From the IMG/VR virus record IMGVR_UViG_3300042564_001419, positions 1-35,194 of that record: DNA of 35,194 nt; one strand, written 5' to 3'. The notes under the pieces are model-generated. The model saw only the letters and a program-made list of their open reading frames with translations, was not told the DNA's origin and ran no database searches. Below, one piece after another: positions 1 through 9,000 of the stretch (its first letter is position 1; each line of letters starts with the position of its first letter). Source of the stretch: a virus (taxonomy: Duplodnaviria > Caudoviricetes). The position numbers were made by a program, and so were the translations under genes.

Positions 1-3000
1 ATGCCCATCTTGGCGGCCAGCCTGCGTGTGCGCTTGATATCGGCCTCAAGGTTCGCAATCAGCTGGCGGCGCTGGCCGGCATCGATCTGCTCGCTGGAGT
101 CCAGATCGATTGGCCGCACCTTGATGCCGAGCGTCTGCGGGATCGCATGCTTAGGCTGCACGGGCAGGCCGTCCCGACCAAAGCCGGTGTAGTCCTTGCC
201 GATGCCAGGAATCACCTCGCCCGTGGAGTAGGCCAGCATCTGCATGCTGCGGTCCCAGTGGTAGCTGTTCAGCGCAATGGCCGGCGAGAACTGGCGCCAG
301 AGCCACTCGGCCCGCTTCTGTGCGGCCTCGCCCGTCGTGTCGTCCTTGTCGACAACGTCGCGCCCAGTGAACATATCCCTGTTCATGATCATCGCGCCGA
401 ACGAAGTCAGCAGCGGGTTGCTCGGCGTCAGCGGCTGCAGGATGCTCACGCCGCCGGCGTTGTTGTTCGCGTCGAACAGGTCGCCGCCAGGGATGAAGCG
501 GGCGATGTCGAGGAACAGCGGCAGGCCGGTCGCGTCGTCCTGGCCAAGACGGATCGTCTTCTCGGTGAAGAACGCAGACTGGCCGCGCATCCAGATAGGT
601 AGGTTCTCGCGCTCCAGCTTCTCCTGCTCGGCCACCTTGGCACGGTACTCCGGGTCCGTTGCCCAGCGCTTGAGCAGCTCCAGGCTGGTCTCCTCGTCGT
701 CCTCGTCGCCGGCGATGGCATACATCAGGGTGTTCAGCCCCATGATCAGGCCAGCCGGGGCGGCCACGCGCCACGGGGTCTCCAGCGCTGTGCGCACCGC
801 GGCAGGCACGAACTTGTAGGTGTAGCTGAAGAACGGCAGCGCGAAGTCACGCACGATGCGGGCGCCCTTCGGCAGATCGTCGTAGGCGAAGATGTAGGTC
901 ATCGCCCAGTCGACTGCGTCGTCGGGGTCCAGGCCACGCTTGCGCGCGTCACGGTAGAGCAGGTATCGGAAGAACTTGTCCTCGGCCTCGTAGGCCGTGC
1001 CGAGCGGCTTGCGCATCCACCACGCCAGCGCATTCCACGTTGCGTTGATGCCCTTCTCGATCTTGTCCTCGGCCTTGCCGGCCAGCAGGCGCAGCTGCTC
1101 GGGCATGTTCTGCAGCAGCTCTTCATCGTTGAAGGTGCCACCGAACAGGCCTGCGTCTACGCCCTCCTTCACCATCGGATCACGCTTGATCAGATCGCGC
1201 GCGGCGCCGATGTACTTGTGCTGGTCCCAGTAGCTAACGCCGGCGAAGTGCGCCATCGTCAGGTTGGAGACGATGTTGTTCATGTGGCTCACCGGGTTCA
1301 GAACGGTGTTGTGCGTTGGGATCATTGACCGGCCAGCCAAGTAGAGGCGCGACTCGGACGAGACCTGAATGCAGCGCACAGGAACGGAATCAATCATTGT
1401 GATATTCACAACCTGACGAGTCAGCGCCCGCGACTTCCTCTGTGTCAGGGCTGGGCGCTGGCGGGCGGCTTTCCGCGGCAGCAGGAACACGGGGCGCTCT
1501 GATGGCGCATGGAAGCGGATGTTCCAGGCCTTGCAGATCACGCCAGACCCAGGCATCACGACCTCTTTGAGCGTGGCGACAGCCTTGAACCCAAGCGACG
1601 CGACAAGCTCAAGGAAGTTGTCCCTAAGCACTTCGCTTGCGGTGCAGAACGTAACCTTGCCGGCCTCGTCAATGGTGCCGTCCGTATCCATCAGGCCTTG
1701 AAGCAGCAGCATCCGCTGATCTGGCGATGCGCGCAGGTAGGCCTGCGGGATGTGCTTGTTCAGCTTGAGCCCGAGCCGGGACAGAGTTGGGGCCAACAAA
1801 TCTTTGCGCTGGCGATAGCCTGAAAAGCCGACCGTGTATGTGATGGCGAGGCCGCGCGGATCTTTGCGCTGCCCACCAATTCCGAATCCAAACCGGGCGA
1901 GGTTTGCCTGGATCTCTGGCGCGTCCTCCACGCTGGATGTGATTGCGCTACTCCGTGAGCTGCCGTCACCAAGCCACGCGCCGATGAAGTACGGGTGGAC
2001 GGGCAGATCGGCGGCTTCGGTCTGCAGTGCGCCAGCAACCGGGATGGAGTGGACGTTGTTGTTCCTGGCGCCGCCATACTTGAGCGTGGCCAGGATCTGC
2101 TCGGTGGTTCGGACACCGGGCTTGCCCTGCGCGACGGTGAACCACAGGTGCTCCGCATCAGCCGTGATCTTCTCTCCATCAGAGAACTCGACGACGTAGC
2201 ACTTGCGGCCATGCTGGACCGGAGTGGTGAAGACCACATCGCAAACGGCGCCGTTCTCGTCGAAGATCTTGTCGCCCTCCTTGATGTCGCCCATCGTCGT
2301 CCAGCCGGTCGGCGTCGGGATCGGCGTGTCCAGCGCCAGGGCTTTACCCTCTTTCCACAGAGCCAGACCCTTGCGGTACGCCTGGAACACAGCCTCTGCA
2401 GCATCGTCTTGGAACATGCGGCCAGCGGTCAGGTGGGCCAGCACATGCTCAGGGACGTACATACCGGCCAGCTTGCCGTAGACGTTGGCCTTGGTGTCCT
2501 CGACCTTGGTCTTCGGCACCTGCACCCAGACGTCCTTCGTGTCGGTGCGCGGACCCTTCGCTGCCAGCTCGGGGTCGTTGGCCATCGACTCGTACATGCG
2601 GCCCAGGGCGATGTCCTTCTGGCTGTTGTTGTAGCCCATCACGAAGCGGAACATGGCGTCGCGGATCTCGCCCATGTTGTCGCGCTCCTCGCGGGTGAAG
2701 TCGCGGTGCACGTTCAGGTAGACGTCCGTCTCCGGGTCATAGCCCGGCTCCAGCTTCCAGCCCTCTGCTTCCCACTCGGCGAGATCCGCGGCCATGATCG
2801 TCTTGACCATGCCGCGTCGCTTCAGGTTGCCGCCGCTGATGCCCTTCAGCGCGCGCGGCCGGCGAGTCAGTGCAGCGGCTGCAGCCTCCCAGGCGTTGCC
2901 GGTCTTCGTGCGCAGCTTGCTCTCGTAGAAGCGCGGCAGGTAGCGGCCAGACCATGCGTCGACGGCTTCCTGCGACAGCATGCCCAGGCGCACCAGCTCG

Positions 3001-6000
3001 GTCGACTGCGCGGACATGATGGCCGATATCGACTGCGCCATCTTCAGCACCTCGGCCGGCGGCCTAATGCGAGCGTTAAGCTCCTTCTCGACGATGTCGG
3101 AGATCATCATGCGCTCGCCTTCGCTCATCGTCGACATGCCGTCGGCGACGTCCGAGATCAGCTCCTGCGCGGCTGCAATCTCCTGCTTCATCTTGCGCAT
3201 GTAGCGGGACATCTCCTTCGTCATCGGCCGCATGCTGAACTTGGTCAGGATGGTGTTGGCGATGTCGGCGATCGCGCGGTACAACTTGGAGCCGGCGCCC
3301 AGGCGCAGCTGGCCCACCTCGTTGCGGCTGATGCCCCACGAGTCGGTGGACTTGTCGCTGAAGTCGATGCGCGCGTCGGCTGGGTCGAAGGTGCCGCGGT
3401 TGCCGATGGCGGATTTGATCTGCTCGGGGCGGAAGGCGACGAAGTGCCGAGCACCGCTGCGCTGCTCGATCACATAGCCGTCATAGCCCGCGTCCCGTGC
3501 ATCGCGTGGCGAAAGACCCTCGTTGGCAGCCCACTGCCTATCAGTGACTGTGTATGGGTTGCTAATCGTCAGGTAAACAGGCCTGACGTTCGCCCCGCTT
3601 TCGCTGCCGTAGCTGCTCGCCTCGCCGGGGTCGGTAGTGAAAAACGCCCCGACTTCATCGCCCCAGTTACCGTCCACGTTGAACACAGAGAAATCACCTG
3701 CGTTCGTCCCGTGATACACCACCAGCGGCTTGCCATCGGCATCCACCACCTTGGAGTCGCCGAACCACCGCTTGAATGCCTCGGTCTCGGTCTGGTCGCT
3801 GAAGTCGATTCGCCCATCCTCCCAAGTCCAGCTCGGCATCAGGCCCGTCTTCTGATCGGCGAAGACGGTGTCCTCCACCTGGGCCGTGCGGTTGGCCTCA
3901 CCATGCGGGCCGTAGTTCAGCCAGCTGTTCTGGCCGCGGGTCTCGCTTGTGATGGCGCCCAGCGCACTGCCGGTGAACAGGCGAGTGTGCGCCTGCCATG
4001 CATTCTCTTCGCCCTGCGCGCGGAAGCCTGCGCCCTCCAGCCCGTGGCCGAATGCGTCGTGCACGGCGCGGAACAGGTCATTGGCCAGCACACGCTTGCG
4101 CGGGCCGCCGAGATCGCCGACGGGCCAAGTGAATCCGGTGTCGGCCAGGAGTGGATTGCCGGCCGGGTCGAAGTCACCGCTGCCGAAGCCGCCCTCGGTG
4201 GGGAACACGCCCATCGTCTGGTTGGCGCGGATGTCGCGCATCGCATTCCACGGGGTCGATGCGTATTCCTGATTGTCGGCGCGGCCCATGTCCATGAACC
4301 AGAACTTGTAGCCGGCGGCGACCAGGGCCTGATACTGCGCGGTCGTCTGCTTGATCAGGTTCTCGTAGGCCTCGCGCACAGCCGGATCTCGCGGCGCGTG
4401 CGGCATGTCTTCGTAGGCCTGGGCGATGCGAGCGGCGCGCGCCGGGTCTACTTCGGCGTAGCTCGACTGGCGCTCCAGCTTGATGCCGACACTGTCGGCG
4501 TAGCTCTTCGCCACCGCGACAAGGCGCGGATCTGGCCCGGTGAATCCGCGCACACGCGGTGCGCCGGGCAAGGGATCGAACTCGCCTACTTGCGCTTGAC
4601 GCCCGGCGGCAGTTTGGGCTGCGGCTTGCCCTGCGCCAGAAGCTGTTTGTTCTGGTGCTGCATCTTGGCCAGACGGTACGCGCCGTCCGCTTGCTCGTTC
4701 ACCGACTCCGGCGCCCTCTTGGTCGCTGAAGTCGATGGTGCCTGCGTCGCCCCATCCGTAGCGCTCGCTGAAGTCGTCGAAGACGCGCTGGACCCGCGGC
4801 GCGAGAACAGTTCTGGCCCAGTCGAGAACATCGGATCGTCCGGAGGCACTAATCCTTTGTCGGTAAATTTGCCCATTTGGGTACTCCTTCCAGTCGTTGG
4901 TTGGCATGTCGCCATCGCTGGCGAACTGGCGCATCGTGCCGTCGGGTAGCACATCGCCCGCCACCTTGACAATGTCGGCGTGGAGCTGGCGGTTCTCGAT
5001 GATACCGAAGTTCACAAGCCTGATGCCCGTCGGCGCCGAGATGAATGCGAACTTGCTCTGCCAGTCAGCCTTGCCGTTCGCGTCCATCCACTTGCCGACG
5101 GCGCGCTCCAGATCGGCTACCTCGCGCGGGTTCAGCGGGCGGCCGATGTCCAGCTCGACGCCATTGGCCTGGGCCTTCGTGCTGGCGTAGAACGGGCGGT
5201 GCCAGCCCACACCCTCTTGGCGCGCGACCAGACCGAGCACGGACGCGTAGACGTTCAGCGCCTGCGCCTGGGCCGGGTCGACTCGCGTCTTGCCGGCATC
5301 GCCTTTGGCCGGCGCCATTGCCACCATCTTCTGCGAGCTGGGCGACACCTCACCCTGCCATACGCCAGGGGCCAGGATGTCGTTGTCGACCATCAGGCCC
5401 AGATAGTGGGCCAGCAGATCGCGCCCCTGGTCGTCCAGCATGGCAGCCTGCACGGCCTGCTGGAACTCTACCTGCTGCGCATACGGTGCGTCGTGGATGC
5501 CGGGCAGTGAGCCAGACGTCCGCCCTGGGCGAGCTTCGAAGCTGATCTGCCCGATGTGCCGCAGCAGTCCGTCGGCGAAGTCGAACTTCGCCTTGGATGT
5601 GTCGGCCTCGGTCGGCACATGATCGAACGAGTGCTTGAGCCAGTTGTCGCGGTGCCGTTGCGCATCGAGGATCACGCGCACCTTCTTCTGCTTGCCGTCC
5701 TCGTCGCGCTTCTTGTCGAATCGAATCCAGCCCTTCTTCTCGCTGCTCGCCTCGGTGTCCTTCTTGACACCCTCGTTCTCCATGCGGGCCTTCATGGCCA
5801 CCCAAATCGCGGCCTGCACTTGCTGCGGCTCCCAGCCCATCTCGGCGGCGATGCGATTGGTCTCGTTCTCCATGAACGCGTACTGCGTGCTGGTCGGCGC
5901 GTCGTTGTCGTACTGGCCGGCGCGCATCATCCACATATCGATGGTGGCGCCTTGCTTGCCTTCGGTGCTGGGGTCGATCTCACGCAGCAGGTTGTGAAAG

Positions 6001-9000
6001 AAGTTGCCCGTCTTCTCGCCAGACCAGAACGCATCGACGTCATCCAGGGCCGCCTTGGCTTTGGCATCCATCACGCCTGTCTTCACGCTGATCGGCTGGC
6101 CAGCCTTGTACTGCGCCCACGCGCGCAGTGCGAACGTGGTGTTGGCGTCGACCTTAGCTTGCGGGCTGTAGATGGCCAGCAGGGCCACGAACTTGCGCGC
6201 CTCTTGCACGTTGCCGCCGGCCATGCGCAGCACCTCGCGGCTGCTGTTCTCGTACCAGAAGCGGCCGCGCTCACCCTCAAGCGTGAGCTTCATCAGAAGC
6301 TTGCGCAAGTGCGGGATCTTTCCAGGCGTGTCGAACTTTGCAGGTGCGCCGACATACTTGCCGGCTCGCATCGGCAGCTTGTCTAGCACTTCACCTGCAC
6401 GGCTGTACGCGAGGTTGTTACCCTCCAGTGCGCGCCGCACGCGCGGCGCATCGGTTGCCGTGAACACGAGACCCTGCTTGGTGTCGCGCCCGACGACGCC
6501 GTCAGGCAGCTTGGCGCGGATCTCGGCTGCGTCGCCGGTGATGCGGATGCTGCCGTCCTTGAATGCGCGCGCCTCGTAGCCGCCGACGGTCTCGGCCTTG
6601 CCGCGCTCGGCGTCGGCGTAGTCCGTGTCGGCCGCCGCATCGGCGTCGCCCTTCTTTCCATCAAACCCCTTGCGCTTCACCTGCTCGGCGAACACATCCG
6701 ACAGGACGTCATAGACGGCCTGCATGTCGCGCGCGTAGTTGGCCTCATTGGCGCCGCGGAAAGCAGACACCATCTTCTCCAGCGACTTCAGGATGGCGCC
6801 AGCGATCTGGCCGAAGTCGTCGTCGCCGACCTTGTCGCGCAGCTTCTCCCAGAACGACCGCTCCTTGGCGGCCTGCTGGGACATGAAGGCCATCATCTCC
6901 TCGTCGACCTTCTCGTCGGCGTAGCCAGGGTACTTGGACTTGAAGCGCTCGCGCTCCTCCGCAGACACCAGCGGTGCGTCGCCACCGAACACTGCGTCGT
7001 GCGCGCGCTGCTTCAGATCCTTGTCGAGACCGTGATAGCCCTCGTGCACTGCGAGCGCGATAGGCGCGTCGCTGGCGTCGATACGGATGGCTGTGGCCTG
7101 CACCTTCTTGCCGTTGACCGTGATGGTCTGGTTGGCCGCATTCATCGACGTCTTGCCGCTGGTGGCCTTGAAGAACCACACCGGGCGGCCCAGCGTTGCG
7201 GACAGGACCTTCGTCAGCTTGGTGGCGACCGAGTCGTCAGCAGCGACGGGCTCGATCTTGACCGTCTCGCCGCGTGCAATCCGGCGCCCGTCAGCCAGAC
7301 TCTGGGCCAGCCCGGCTTGGGTGTCCATGCCCAGCTCGGGCGTGCCGGTGCCTGCCGTGGTCACGACGGGCTCGGTCGTCTTGACAGTCGTGGCGCCGCC
7401 GGTCGCGCGCTCGATGCCTGCAGCCTGGGCTGCGGCCAGCTTGTCAATGGCGGCCTGGGCTTTTGACACGCCGGGCGATGCGGGCGGCGTGTCGACCGTT
7501 GGTTGCGCGGCCTCGGCCTGTGGCATCTGCGCCTGCAGCGACGCGGGCACGCCGGGTGATGCGGTCGCGGTGTCGATGGTGGTGCCGGCGAAGCTGCGCA
7601 CCTCGGGCAGCAGCGACGCGATCGGGGCGTTCAGCCGGGTGACGCGCACCGGGCCACCATCTGCGGCCGCCCACTGGTGGTGTCCATCCACGACGTAGCC
7701 GTCGGACGACACGAGCACGCGCCGGCCGGTGTCGCCTTGCGCTCGCGCAGCCTCTACCTTGCTTGGCGACACCTCTGCCTGCGTCGCCTTGAGGCTGTCG
7801 GCCTGCACCACCTCTTGCGTGGTGCTGATACCCTTGTCCTCTAGGTGGCTGACCAGGGCCTCGCGCTGCTCCGCGGGAACCTGGGGCATCTCGGCGCGCG
7901 GGATGCCGAGCGACTTGGCTGCAGGCGGGAAGGCCTGCCAGTCGGTCACGGCAGGCTCAGGCGCCTTTGCCTCGGGTGCTCGCGCCTGGGGTGCGCCGAT
8001 TGCCTCGGCGACCATCGGGACGCGCCCGTCGGGGTGGTCCATGAGTGGCGACACGGTGGCGCGAATTGTGTCCACGCCAGCAGCGCGCGCGGCCATGACC
8101 CGCCGATGCCCGTCAACAACGCGCAGCCGTCCATCCTCCATCTCTACGACCGAGATGTTGGGCGGCGTCTCGCCAGCCGCGGCGCGCTGCGTGTATGCGT
8201 CAAGCTGCGCGCGCTTCTCGGGCTGCAGCTGGCCGTCCTCCGTCAGCTCTGGCAGATACAGGGCACCAACGGGCAGCTCGCGGACCTGTGCGACCGGCGT
8301 GCCGCGCGCGTCTGGGTACGGCAGCTTTAGCCATGATCCGACCTTCGCTTCATTCTCAGCCTCAAGCCCTGGCATATCTGCGACGGGATCGGCGTCCTGT
8401 GTCTGCGCCAGCGGCTGCACGGTCGGGGCGCCTGCGTCGTTCTGGCCAGCCTGCGGGGCTGTCGGCACGATCAGGTCAGGCAGGCCGGCCGAGCGGGACT
8501 CGGGGCTGGTGAAAACAACCGGGCGGCTGATGGCGCGCACGGGCTGCTGCGGCATGGCGCTGACGTCGGCGTTGTCGATCTCGCTGGCGATCAGGCTGTC
8601 CGTCAGCGCGCTGGGCGCTGCAGGCTGGCCAGCCGTGTAGTTGATGGCCGCCTCGGCGTCCCGGTAGGTCTGACCGGCACGCTGTGCGGCAGAACGGACG
8701 CCAGCAGGCGCGCCGAACACGAGGCCCTGGCCAACGGTCTGCACCGCTGTGTCGGCGGCTTGCTGCAGGTAGTCAGCGAACGTGGCCTGCGGGTTCATCG
8801 CAGCCGGGCCGTACTTGTCGGCGGCGAACTGGATTGCGGTGGTCAGCTGCTCGCCAGGGATCTCCTTGACCAGCTGTATGCCCAGCATCTTGGGCAGATC
8901 CTTCGTGGCCACTTTGCCCAGGCCTGCGCGGATGACGTTCAGTTGCTCGGTCAGGCCGAAGCGCTCACCCAGCACCTCGGCCGCGGCCATGATGTTGGCG

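Noticed and set aside
3569-3817. Possible nested ORF preceded by GGAGG
   Set aside because: There is no spacer between GGAGG and ATG, and the translation looks like frame-shift shadow of the ART domain.
1995-4949. 984-aa plus-strand ORF, and other long plus-strand ORFs such as 20806-22335 and 26977-28134
   Set aside because: These are antisense shadows of high-GC minus-strand genes, with no recognisable motifs.
6383-6664. Second possible nested ORF in the giant gene, with AAGGGG upstream
   Set aside because: The product is Arg/Pro/Ser/Thr-rich shadow-like sequence and the RBS spacing is short. There is no positive support.
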